From positions 160,001 to 224,000 of the forward strand of contig CAWANH010000003.1 of assembly GCA_963783375.1 (NCBI GenBank): a stretch of DNA of 64,000 nucleotides, written 5' to 3'. Source of the stretch: Candidatus Eiseniibacteriota bacterium (GTDB lineage: Bacteria > Eisenbacteria > RBG-16-71-46 > JABDJR01). Of this stretch, positions 42,667-52,890 are shown one piece after another (the stretch's first letter is position 1; each line of letters starts with the position of its first letter). The notes below the pieces were generated by a model that saw nothing but the letters and a program-made list of their open reading frames with translations, was not told the DNA's origin and did not search any database. Made by a program: the position numbers and the translations under genes.

Positions 42667-44610
42667 TCAGCGCGCGAGCACCATCCGCACCGCCCGGGTC
42701 ACCCCCGCCGCGTCGAGCCGGGCCAGATACATTCCCGCGGCCAGCCGCCGTCCCGCCTCGTCCCGCCCGTCCCAGGTCAGCTCGTGGTCGCCGGCGCCCA
42801 GCGGACCGTCCACCAGGGTGGCCACCCGCCGCCCGGCCACGTCGTAGACCCGGACGGTGGCCGCGGACGCTTTCGGCAGGTAGAAGCGGAGGCGGGTGGA
42901 GGGACTGAAGGGGTTGGGGGCGTTGGGATAGAGCCGCGGCCCCGAGATCACCGTCCCCGGCTCCCCCACCGCGGTGGTCACCGAGTAGATGACGTCCAGG
43001 AACGGCGCCGCCGTCCCCACCACGTCGGCCACGGTGGGAAGTCCGGTGGCCGCGGGCGGCCCCGCGTCGCCGTCCTGGAAAAGCACGTAGTCGGCCACGG
43101 CGTCCGGGCTGATGGCGGGGAAGGAGAGCCGGACCTGGGTGAGCCCCTGGTCGTTGATCGCGGCCAGGCCCGAGGCGTCAAGGTCCACCCGGATCGCGTA
43201 GCCGTCGGCCCGGGCGGAGCCGATGACCGCGCCGGCGTCGGGCGCGTCGGCGGGGGCGGTGGCGTCGGCGGGCTCGATCGCGGCCGCGCCGAAGGTGCCC
43301 CGGGCGACGTCCACCACCGGCGTTCCCTGGGCCCCGGAGGTGAAGGGGTCGGTTCCCGCCGCCCCCTTCCTCAGGAGATAGATGCTGGCCTTTTCGATGG
43401 TCGCCCCATCCGGTATCCCCGAGGTGTCGAAGGTGAGGATGCCGCGTACGGGCGCCTGTCCGTTGTCCCCCACCCGCACTCCCTCGGTGCCGGTGGCCGT
43501 CCCGTCGGTCCAACCGTCGTCGGTCCCGCCGGCGGCGAAGAGGGTGGCGGTGGGCTCGCCCCGGAAGGCGGGGAAGAAGGTGAATTCGGTCTGGTTGGCG
43601 ATCTTGTACTGGTAGCCGTCGTAGTTCAGGTGGATGGGGTCGGCGTCGATGTTGTTGGGCTTCCGGAAGTTGCTCCGGAGGGTGGGGCGAAGGGGATTTC
43701 CGCCGGGGAAGGGGATGTAGCCGGGGGGCGTTTCCCCCGGGCGCGGGAGGGTGCGCGGAGCCGAGACCCCGTCCCCGTAGAAGTAGTGCATGAGCCCCAC
43801 CGCGTTGTCGTAGAGGACGCGGGGATCGGCGTTCACCCAGCCGATCCGCTGCGACTCCACCGTCACCATCATCTGGTTGATCTCCTGGTCGGTGATGAGG
43901 TCGTTGGCGGGGTCGCGGCTCAGGTCGCGCCGTTTTGGGCAGGCGTACACGAAGCACCAGAAACCGACGTTGAAGTTCGGGTAGTCGTAGCTCGAGAGGA
44001 GCACCTGGAGGTCCGGCCGCACCGCGAGCGCGGAGTCGATGATGGCCTGGGTGTCCTGGTGGATGCGGTCGAAAAGGGCGGCCTCGGACCCGGGAACGTC
44101 GAGGTCCATGTCCTTGTACCACCCGCCGTCCGGCTTCCCGGCCAACATGTCGTTCCCGTCGATCGAGAGCATGACGTAATCGATGGTGGGGTTGTCCTGG
44201 AGCGCCACCACCATGTTGTGGATCCAGGGGTAGTTGGCGGTGTCCACCCACTGCCGCGCTTCGCTTCCGGAGATGGCGTACTCGGGACCGGTGTATCCGG
44301 GACCGGGATCCGAGCCCAGGGATCGGCTGAGGGCCAGCTTGTCCGCCTGTCCGAAGCGGTCGAAGATGTCGTTGTGGGAGCCGTCGTCCCACATGTACTG
44401 GGCCCAGCTGTCCCCGGCCAGGAGCACCCGGGGGACCGCGATCGGGGATGCGGCCAGGGGGGTCTTGGCGTCGGGGTTCACCGGCCGCCGGTCCTCCAGG
44501 ACGCTTCGGTCCTGGGCCGAGGCCGCGGAGCCGGCGAACAGGGTCCCGGCGAGGAGGAAGGCCGCGGCGAACGGCCATGCGGAACGAAGGGAGCGGCAGC
44601 TGGGTTTCAT
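42667..44610 (-). CDS. Secreted SGNH/GDSL hydrolase + DNRLRE-like domain + FlgD-Ig/T9SS-like C-terminal domain
   Basis: GDSW, GND and DPIH blocks, then LTFDTSGIPDGATIEKASIYL and NAPNPFSPST...YDVAGRRV...WDGRD...GMYLARL. Confidence 0.85.
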   Translation of the reverse strand: MKPSCRSLRSAWPFAAAFLLAGTLFAGSAASAQDRSVLEDRRPVNPDAKTPLAASPIAVPRVLLAGDSWAQYMWDDGSHNDIFDRFGQADKLALSRSLGSDPGPGYTGPEYAISGSEARQWVDTANYPWIHNMVVALQDNPTIDYVMLSIDGNDMLAGKPDGGWYKDMDLDVPGSEAALFDRIHQDTQAIIDSALAVRPDLQVLLSSYDYPNFNVGFWCFVYACPKRRDLSRDPANDLITDQEINQMMVTVESQRIGWVNADPRVLYDNAVGLMHYFYGDGVSAPRTLPRPGETPPGYIPFPGGNPLRPTLRSNFRKPNNIDADPIHLNYDGYQYKIANQTEFTFFPAFRGEPTATLFAAGGTDDGWTDGTATGTEGVRVGDNGQAPVRGILTFDTSGIPDGATIEKASIYLLRKGAAGTDPFTSGAQGTPVVDVARGTFGAAAIEPADATAPADAPDAGAVIGSARADGYAIRVDLDASGLAAINDQGLTQVRLSFPAISPDAVADYVLFQDGDAGPPAATGLPTVADVVGTAAPFLDVIYSVTTAVGEPGTVISGPRLYPNAPNPFSPSTRLRFYLPKASAATVRVYDVAGRRVATLVDGPLGAGDHELTWDGRDEAGRRLAAGMYLARLDAAGVTRAVRMVLAR

Positions 44611-44885
44611 CGGGTGCGTCCTGTGGCTGTCCGGCCCCGCACCGCTCTGGAGGCGGCGGGCCGGGGCGACCTCTGAAGGCGGGGCGCGGCCCGAGGCGGC
44701 GGCCCCCGAATCCCTTAGTTTAGCTCCCCGGCTCGGCTGGACAAAGCGACATCCCCGGAACCGTACGCTTGTTGTAAGCTGCAAAATTGGCGCCTACCGG
44801 ACGCCTTCGAGCGGTTTCCGGTCCGTTTCCGTGTTCTTGGGTCGGGGCCACCGAGTGGATCCGGTGGGCTCACGGTGGTATCCAG

Positions 44886-47186
44886 GTGAACGCTCGTACC
44901 GGCCCGGTCGCGGGAACCGCCCGCAACCCGGGGCTTCGTCTCCTCGCCGATCCGCTCAACCTGCTCGCCCTCGTCACCCTCCTGGTCTGGGGGGCGATCG
45001 CGGTCTTCCACCGCCCCGTCGGGGACTACGCGGTCGAGACCGACTTCTACGGCGATTTCGTTCGCTACGCCCGTGAGTTCATGCAAGGCGAGCTGCGGGT
45101 CTTCGACGGCTACCGGGGGCCCTTCTACTACGCGCTCCTCGGCGTCTTCGGGGAACTCACCGGGAACTACTTTCTCGTGGGGAAGGTGTTCTCGGTAGCT
45201 GGCCGCCGCGGTCTCGGTGCGGCTCGCGGGGGGAATCGTGCGGCGGTGGTGGGGGCCGGCGGCGGGGCTGGCCGCAGCGCTGTTCCTCGCCGGAAACTCC
45301 ATCATCATCCATCACTCGTTCCGCGCCTGCACGGATCTCGTCTTCTTTGCCCTCTTCCTCGGGACGCTGACCCTGGTTCTCCGCCAGCCGTCCCCCCGAC
45401 CCCGCATCTGGGCGGGCGCGGGGGCCCTGGCCGGCGCCGCCTGGCTCACCCGCTACACCGGAGCCGTCCTCTTTCCCGCGGGGCTGCTGGCTCTGGTCCT
45501 TCTCGTCCGCCCTCGGAGGCGAATGCTTCTATCCGCGCTGGCCTTCGCCGGCGCCGCCTTCCTGGTGGTCGCGCCCTGGTCGTTTCATCTCTGGCGCCTG
45601 ACCGGCGATCCGTTCTGGAACAACAACTACCAGAACGTGGCCATCGACGTGTACGCGAGCACCCCCGCCACCGCTCAACAGGGCCGTTTCATGGCTCGGG
45701 TCGGGTTCTCCTCGTTGGCCGAGGTCTGGCGCGTGGATCCCCCGCGGGTCCTGTCCGCGTTTCTGGCCAACGCCACCCACCACGTGCTCGAGGACGCGAA
45801 GCAGTTGGTGGGGGTGGCGTGGGCGGCGGCCGCGGTGCCGGGGTTCTTCCTGGTCTTCGTCCGCCGGCGTCGGCGCCTCGACGCGGCGTTCGCCGGCGCC
45901 GGGTTTCTCACCTACCTGGGGTTGGTGCCCGCCTTCTACGATCCCCGATTCATGATACCCCTCCTCCTCTGGTGGAGCGCGGGGGTGGGCGTGACGGCCG
46001 CCGTCTTGGGGTCGGCCCTACGGGGATCCCCTCCCGGGGAACCCACCGGGCAGAGGGATCGGAAGCGGAGGCGGCGATCCGCGCCGATCCGGACGACGGT
46101 CCTGGCCTGGGCTCCGGTGATGGTGGTTCTGGCCCTGACCGTGCCCGCCAACCTGCGCGAGATCCGGGCGGCCCTCGACCTCCACCAGTGGAGCGCCTCC
46201 CCCTTGGAGCTGGTGCGCCTCGCCGAATCGGCCCGGCGGTCCGGCTACACGTTCGATGCCACCACCCCCATCGCCGCCCGAAAGCCCCAGATCGGCTACC
46301 TCCTCGGTGCCCCGGTCATCCCGATCCCCCTCGGCCCCCTCTCCAGACTGCGGGAGGTGGGCGCGCATTACTGCCTGGTCTCGGGGATCGAGGTGAGTAC
46401 CTATCCCTCGTTGGAGGAATTCTATCGAGTGTCCAAGGAGAAGGCGGCAGCGAAGGGGTTGACCCTGGTGGCCCGGGTCGCGGTCCCGGTCGGGAATGGA
46501 GAACGGCGGCTGGCGTCCCTGTTCGCGGTGAACGACCCGCTCCCCTGGAAGCGCCCCGCCCCCGGACCGGTGGTCGCGGAGCGTGAGGTTACCCCCGGCC
46601 TCTCCCGGATCGACACCCTGAGGCAGCGCCTGGCCACGTGGTACACGGTCTGGGACCCCGCCCAGTCGGTGGGACGCGTCCTGGGGCGGATGTCTCCCGA
46701 GGCCCTCGAGACCCCCCCATGCTTCGCCTTCGCGGCGACGAGGCCTTGCACCGGCGCCAACCGGCGGAAGCCGATTCGCTCTACCGGATCGCCGCCGCAC
46801 GGGACACCACCGACCTCGAGATCCTCCTACGGCTGGCCGGGGCCGCCTACCTGGGGAAGCGCCACGAGGACTACCTTGGGGCTTTGGCAGTCTATGCCGC
46901 CGAAAGTTACCCGGACAGCCGGGGATCCGAGCGGGAGTGGTTCGAGCTGGGCTACCGCCTGCGCTCGGTCGGCGACTACCCCGCCGCGGTGGCCCCGCTG
47001 GCCCGAAGCATCGAGCTGGGTAGGCAGGGCCATCCGGAGGAGTTGAAGTACCTGGGCGAGGCCCTACTCGGGCTCCAGTGGCTGGAGGAGGGACGTACTC
47101 TACTCTCCCGGTACCTGGAGCTGGTCCCCGACGACCGGAGTACGCGACGGGAGTTGGAGACCCTGAAACGGGCGGACTCCCCGTGA
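44886..47186 (+). CDS. GT-C (ArnT/PMT_2-like) membrane glycosyltransferase with C-terminal TPR, frameshifts near 45199 and 46717
   Basis: YRGPFYYALLG, TDLVF, AWLTRYTG, APW...GDPF and DPRF motifs, then TPR-like helices, spread over three frames. Confidence 0.75.
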
Positions 47187-47378
47187 GCCGTTGACCCGGC
47201 CCCCCGGCGGCGAGGACGCGCGCGGGCTCCCGGAGATCCCGGTTGCGGAGACCCGCCCCGGACCGAGGGGGGTGCCGCATTGATCCCCACTCCCCGGATC
47301 CTGCCCGCGCTACTTTCCGGGAGGATATCCGGGACCCCGGTGATCGCCGGGCCGGGAGGCGAACCCCTGGGGTAAGAA

Positions 47379-47412
47379 GCGGGCGGAGTTCACCCGGGTG
47401 AACTCCGCCCGC
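47379..47412 (-). terminator. Perfect 34-bp palindrome, probable terminator
   Basis: gcgggcggagttcaccc|gggtgaactccgcccgc followed by ttctt on the minus strand. Confidence 0.7.
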
Positions 47413-47432
47413 CCGTCAACCCGACTGAGCCA

Positions 47433-48070
47433 TCAGTACAGTCGCTTCAGAAGCCCCCAGGTGGAAGTTTCGACCGGGGTGGTGCAGGAGGCGGTCTCCC
47501 CGGCGACGGGAGGCAACCCGTCCCCGCGGGGAGATCGGTGCCGTCGTAGGGGTTCATGCCGTCGAACACCTTCCAGGTCTCGGCCCCGTCCGGGTAGCGG
47601 CCGGTGCTCCGGTCGTCCTCGGCTTCGTGGTCGGCGTAGGTGTAGCAGTCGGCCAGCACCGTGTCCTCGCCGGCGATCCGCCAGAGCCCGATGTAGCCCC
47701 CGGTGTTCCCCAGGCGAAGCCCGTAGGCCGGCTCGCCGTTCGCCTGTTCCCAGGCATAGCTCTGGCTCCCGTACACCACCGTCACCGCGCCCGGGTCGAG
47801 CGTGCCCGAGAACTCGTAGCGCCACGAGGTGTCCGCTCCGGCCAGGCGGAACCCGGCCAACGACACCGAGGACGGGCCGGTGTTCACGATCTCCACCCAT
47901 TCGTCGTCGCGGAAGCTGTAGGTCGAGTCGCCGTCCCAGTCGCCGGCCGGGTCGGCCATGATCTCGTTCACCAGGACCTGGCCGCAGGCGGGCGCCGCCG
48001 ACCCGGCCAGGGCCGGGAGGATCAGCGCCAGGGCGAGGGCCGCCACCGGAGCTAGCTTCATCATCTGCAT
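47433..48070 (-). CDS. Secreted lamin-tail-domain protein with C-terminal TWGLLKRLY motif, frameshift near 47500
   Basis: Signal peptide, VLVNEIMADP, DEWVEIVN, LGNTGG and STGRYPDG. Adding one G to the G-run restores PSPGETASCTTPVETSTWGLLKRLY*. Confidence 0.82.
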
Positions 48071-48237
48071 GGATCTCTCCGTGTTCCGGACGGAGGGATT
48101 CGGGAGGTGGACGCGGACGGAGGATCACGGGAATCGGGCGGCGGTGGGCGGAAAGACCGGCTATGTGCGCGGGCGGGTAGGGGCGGCGGCGTCCCGGGCC
48201 GCCCCCGGCGGGGCGGCCCGGCGCCGGGAACCGAGGG

Positions 48238-49410
48238 CTAGACCTTCTTCGCCACCCCCACGAAGGAGGCGATGCGGTCCAGGGCCTTGTCGATGTTCTC
48301 GATGGAGTTGGCATAGGAGAAGCGCAGGTGCCCCTCGCCCATGGCCCCGAAGGCGGTGCCGCTCAGGGCCGCCACCCCGTACTCGTCCAGGAGCTGGTCG
48401 GCCACGTCCTTCGAGGGACGGCCCAGCTCCCGCACGTCGGGGAAGACGTAGAACGCCCCCTCGGGAGCAGGCAGCTGATGCCCTCGATCTCGTTCAGCCC
48501 CTCCACCAGGTGGTCGCGGCGCTTCAGGAACTCGTCGCACATGCGCCGGGCCTCGTCCTGGGGGCCGGTGAGGGCCTCCATCCCCGCCCGCTGGATGAAG
48601 GTGGCGGTGCAGGAATTGCAGTTGGTGGCGAGCTGGGCCACCTTCTGGGCCAGGGCTTCCGGCATGACCCCGTAGCCCAGGCGCCAGCCGGTCATGGCGT
48701 AGGTCTTGGAGAACCCGTCCAGGAGCATCGTGCGTCGAGCATCCCCGGCTCGGCCGTGATCGAGCGTGCTGCCCTCGTAGATCATCTTGGAGTAGATCTC
48801 GTCGGAGAGGACCCAGACGTCGGGATACTCGCGGAGGATCTCGGCGATCGGGCGGAGATCCTCGGCGGGCAGCAGCCGCCGGTCGGGTTCTGCGGCGAGT
48901 TGATGATGAGGAGCCGGTCTTGGCCGAGAGCTTGTCGCGAACCTCGTCCAGATCGAGACGGAATCGTTCTCCTGCTTCAGGGCCAGCGGCACCGCCTTCG
49001 CCCCGATGTAGTTGATCACCGACTCGTAGATCGGAAACCCGGGATTGGGGTAGAGGGCCTCGTCGCCGGGGTCGAGGAGCGCGATCATGGTGTAGAACAT
49101 GATCGGCTTCGCGCCGGGGGTGACCACCACGTTGGCCGGGCCGGCCTTGATCCCGCGGTCGGTCGGCGATGTACTCGGCGATCGCCTCCCGGAACTCCGG
49201 AAGCCCCGCCGAGGGGCCGTAGTGGGTATAGCCGGCATCGAGGGCCTTCTTGGCCGCCTCGATGATGTTCGCCGGCGTGTCGAAGTCGGGCTCGCCGATC
49301 TCGAGGTGGACGACGTCCCGCCCCTTCGCCTCCAACGCCTTGGCCCGCGCCAGCACCTCGAACGCGGTCTCCGTTCCCAGTCGCTCCATCGCTTTGGCAA
49401 AGCTCGGCAT
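48238..49410 (-). CDS. Class I/II PLP aminotransferase (aspartate aminotransferase-like), several frameshifts
   Basis: LEIGEPDF, VTPGAK, LSDEIY, GFSKTYAMTGWRLGY, PEGAFYVF and HLRFSYA in alternating frames. Confidence 0.88.
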   Translation of the reverse strand: MPSFAKAMERLGTETAFEVLARAKALEAKGRDVVHLEIGEPDFDTPANIIEAAKKALDAGYTHYGPSAGLPEFREAIAEYIADRPRDQGRPGQRGGHPRREADHVLHHDRAPRPRRRGPLPQSRVSDLRVGDQLHRGEGGAAGPEAGERFRLDLDEVRDKLSAKTGSSSSTRRRTRPAAAARRGSPPDRRDPPRVSRRLGPLRRDLLQDDLRGQHARSRPSRGCSTHDAPGRVLQDLRHDRLAPGLRGHAGSPGPEGGPARHQLQFLHRHLHPAGGDGGPHRPPGRGPAHVRRVPEAPRPPGGGAERDRGHQLPAPEGAFYVFPDVRELGRPSKDVADQLLDEYGVAALSGTAFGAMGEGHLRFSYANSIENIDKALDRIASFVGVAKKV

Positions 49411-49456
49411 GATCCACCCCTCCGAAAATGCCCCTCGGTACACTTTTAACCCCTTG

Positions 49457-49485
49457 AGACTAGGCACCTTGCGGAGCCGGGTCAA
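49457..49485 (-). promoter_or_regulatory. sigma70 promoter of the aminotransferase
   Basis: TTGACC-17 nt-TAGTCT. Confidence 0.5.
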
Positions 49486-51137
49486 GCCCAACCGGCATAT
49501 CGCCGGCCCCGCGATCCGGAAACATCTCCGGACCATCCGCCTCCCCAACCGGCGCGGACAGCGCCCACGGTTTCCCAGCCTCCCTCGATCGCGTCCACCG
49601 AGGCCTCGAACCCCCACCCCCCGAACGGGATGCGGGTCCACGCCCCCACCCGGCCGCCGGGACCCGGCGATCCCAGCCGTAGAGCCCTCCCGCCCGCCGG
49701 CGGTACCACCAGAGATCGGGGGCCTCCCCGCCGGCCTCGGCCAGGGCCGCCCGCACCTCCCACTCGACCGTCCCCCTTCGCCCGAACCGGATCGCGGTGA
49801 GCCGGCTCTCGCCCCCCGCCGCGCTTCGCTCGTCGACCCCAAGGCTTCCCCGCCAGGGGCGGGCCGCGATCTGAGTCCGGCCCGGATGAGTCCCCTCCCG
49901 GCCGCTTCCATCCTCCGGAAAGCCGTCGGCCCGACGATCGGTGACCCGCCAGAGGAAGCCGGCCCGCACGCCTCGGGAGAATCGCTCCCCCACCTCCACC
50001 AGGCGGAGCGCTTCCCGGCGGCCCCAGGAGCCGCCCCGGGTCTCCGGGCCGCGCCCCTCCTCGAAACTCGCCCGGAGGAACCGCGCGGGACCGCCCTGCC
50101 AGCGGCCTTCGAAGCGAAGGACCGCGACCTCCAGCCCGCGGGCCGGCGCCAGGCCCGAATCTCGGGGACGGCGTAGCCCGGGCCCATCCGGACCAGGCTG
50201 GCCCCCAGCCGCCAGGGTCCCGAGGCCAACCGCCAGGCGCCTCCCACCGCCTCGCCACCGCCCCCGCGGCTCCACTCCCCGCTCCAGGTTCCGGGCCCGG
50301 CCGGGGCCACCCCCCACCACCGTCCCGGACCACTCCCGCCCCCGGCGAAGGAGACCGGCCCCCACGTACCCCTCGGACACGCGGCGACGGACGGTCACCG
50401 TCTCCCACCCCCTCCGGCCGAGGTCCCCGTCGGATAGCGTGACCCGGCCGCGAAGGTGGGCCGCCTCCACCGTCCACCCCCACCCCTCCCGGCGGACCGA
50501 TGCCCCGGTCAGGGTCTCGGGATCCGTGGCTAGGGTGGGCCTCCAACCTCCCGAGGCGCCCCGGAGGGGGGCGTTCCCGCGCGCCTCGGCCCCCGGGGTG
50601 GCGGCCAGGAGCCCCAGCCCGAGGCGAAGCCGGAGGCTCCCCACCCAAAGCGTCCATCCCCCGCGCCGAAGCCCCACCGCCCCTCGAAGGGTCCTCACCC
50701 CTCCCGGATCCAGCCGGAGCCGGGCGCGGGCTTCCGGGCCCGCCGGCGCCTCCACCGCGAGGCGCGCCTCCCGGCGGACCGCTCCCCGCCTCGCCCGAAC
50801 CGCCGTCTCCACGGACCCGTTCCAGGCCGCGGGGCGATCCGAATCACCCCCGGCCAGCACCAGACCCCACCCAGGTCCCGCCGGAGGTCCGGACCCAGGC
50901 CGGGCATCCCCTCCAGGTCCTCGGGGCTCCGGAGCGCCCCCGCATCGAAGCGCGCCAGGAGCCACGCCGTCTGCTCCGGGTCGAGACCGTAGCGCTCGGC
51001 CGCCCCTTCCACCGACACCTTCGACACCGGCTCGCAGTCCTCGGGCGCCTGGGCCCGCGACAACCCGGCCCCCGCGCACGGACCGCGACGTGAACCAGGA
51101 GCGCCGCCACCACCGCGACGATCATCCGCCGGCTCAT
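49460..51137 (-). CDS. Exported helix-hairpin-helix protein with predicted beta-barrel C-terminus, frameshifted
   Basis: Signal-like N-terminus, HhH motif LRSPEDLEGMPGLGPDL, VGSLRLRLGLGLL and amphipathic beta strands, in several frames. Confidence 0.5.
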
Positions 51138-51910
51138 GGCCGCCTTCCTCCCACCACCCGTACCCGACGGACCGAGCCCAGAAGCGGATGGGCGACCTCG
51201 TCGGCCCGCAGTCCGACCGCCCCCAGGCTCCAGGCGATCCCGAGGTCGGCGGCGCCGCCGTCATAGGCCACGGTCCAGACCATCCCGGGCCGGAGCCGAA
51301 GCCCCAGGGCCAGGCGCGCCTCCCCGGCCCCCGGACCCAGGGTGAGCCCGCCCCACCAGGGGCGGAGCGCGGCGTCGATCTCCGCCCTCACCTCCGGCGC
51401 CCAGGCGGGCTCGCCGGGATGGAGCGACGCCCGTCCTCCCACCAGCACGGGTCCGAGCACCCGCGCCCGGAGATCGGCGGCCCCGCGAATCACCGCGTCC
51501 CGGCCCGAGGCCAGCCGGCCCGCCCCCAGGAAGATCCGAAGCCGCGGGGCGCGTCCGATCACTCCCCCCAGGAGGTCGTCGGCGGAAAGGCCCTCCGGGG
51601 AAGCCCAGTGGCGCCATCGCACCGTCCCCCCGAGGCCCCGGCCGGGCTCCACCGAACCCAGGAAGGTACCCTCGAGCTCCCCCGCGACCGCCTCCCGCGA
51701 GCGAACCCCCGCCTCCCAGTGAATCCCCGTCCCGACCCCCGCATCGGGGTCGAGAAGGTCCCAGGCGGTCCAGGGATCGTCCGTCGCCCCCTCCCCGGCC
51801 GACGCCCCCGCCCGGGCGGCCGGCGTCTCCCCGGCCGCCGCCACCAGACCGCTTTCGAGGGAGAGCGCCGCCACGAGCAGGAGAGCCGGGACCCGTGCCG
51901 GGCCCCTCAT
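51134..51910 (-). CDS. Predicted outer-membrane beta-barrel (PorQ/PorV-like, tentative)
   Basis: Signal peptide, alternating beta strands and C-terminal HPLLGSVRRVRV. Translationally coupled to both neighbours. Confidence 0.5.
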   Translation of the reverse strand: MRGPARVPALLLVAALSLESGLVAAAGETPAARAGASAGEGATDDPWTAWDLLDPDAGVGTGIHWEAGVRSREAVAGELEGTFLGSVEPGRGLGGTVRWRHWASPEGLSADDLLGGVIGRAPRLRIFLGAGRLASGRDAVIRGAADLRARVLGPVLVGGRASLHPGEPAWAPEVRAEIDAALRPWWGGLTLGPGAGEARLALGLRLRPGMVWTVAYDGGAADLGIAWSLGAVGLRADEVAHPLLGSVRRVRVVGGRRP

Positions 51911-52821
51911 CGCGCCACCCACACCGGCCGGCAGGACCGGAAGGGCGCGCCGTCGTCGCCGTGCCATTGGAGACAGAGGTAGTAACGCCCGCTTCGGGGC
52001 GGCAGGCGGGCGCCGCTTCCCCACACCCAGCGCCCGGTGGCCGGAGACGCGTCCGCCGGGCGGAGAAGCGCCACCTCCTCCCCATCGCCGCCGACCAGCC
52101 AGACGGCCAGGGTCCCCGGTCCCGGGAGCCGGTAGGTGAAGACGGCGGGGCGCCGGGCGGGCTCCACCCGGTTCGGTCCGGTGAGGGCCCCCGAATCCCC
52201 ACCCCCGGCGCCGGCGGCCAGGCTGTTGGGTCGCCCGGGGGTCGCGCCCGAGGGATCCAGGGACCAACCCCAGTTCCCGGCCTCGGCCCCGTCCGCCCCC
52301 GGGTCCACCCGCTCCAGGCTTCGGCCGGCGTCGGGAGGGAGCCAGGCCTCGAAGTAGATCACGCTGTCCACCGGGGCCCCGTCGGGCCCGGCCAGAACCA
52401 GCCGGTCCGCGGGCTCGCCCGAACCTGCATCGTGATCGTTCAGGATGGGCCATCCCTCGGGGCGGAGCACGAGGATCGAGTCGGGCAGGCCGTAGTAGGC
52501 CCGGAGGCTCTCCGGCCGCGAGGCAAGGACCGCGAACCCGCCCGGGGGAAGCACCGCCGGCCCGGCGATCGCCCGTGGCCTTCCGGTGGCGTCGGTGAGG
52601 GTCCACCCGGCCAGGTCCGCCGGGTCCGGGCCGGGGTTCCGGATCTCGACCCACTCCCCTTCCCCGGCGGCGGGGCGGGGGACGATCTCGTTCACCACCG
52701 GGGAGCGGGCGGATTCCTCCCCGAAAGCCGGAATCCATGTCGGAACCAACAGGAGACCGATGGCTGAAACAATGGCGGCGCGGCGGACCACGGCCCGCGG
52801 CCGGACGCGCGAACGGCGCAT
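51907..52821 (-). CDS. Secreted lamin-tail-domain protein with degenerate C-terminal sorting-like domain
   Basis: VVNEIV...EWVEIRN, LAGWTLTD, LNDH, GRSLERVDP and ATPGRPNS. C-terminal W-x-WG...SGRYY. Confidence 0.78.
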   Translation of the reverse strand: MRRSRVRPRAVVRRAAIVSAIGLLLVPTWIPAFGEESARSPVVNEIVPRPAAGEGEWVEIRNPGPDPADLAGWTLTDATGRPRAIAGPAVLPPGGFAVLASRPESLRAYYGLPDSILVLRPEGWPILNDHDAGSGEPADRLVLAGPDGAPVDSVIYFEAWLPPDAGRSLERVDPGADGAEAGNWGWSLDPSGATPGRPNSLAAGAGGGDSGALTGPNRVEPARRPAVFTYRLPGPGTLAVWLVGGDGEEVALLRPADASPATGRWVWGSGARLPPRSGRYYLCLQWHGDDGAPFRSCRPVWVAR

Positions 52822-52890
52822 GGCGAGCTCCTTTCGGACGGGAGTGCCGAAAGGACGGGAGGCGGGGTTGTCGAACCGGGGTGGGAGGCT

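Noticed and set aside
44648-44660. 13-bp match to the tmRNA 3' end as a second att site
   Set aside because: It is short and GC-rich, lies on the 5' side of ssrA, and the interval contains core genes. It is probably a chance match.
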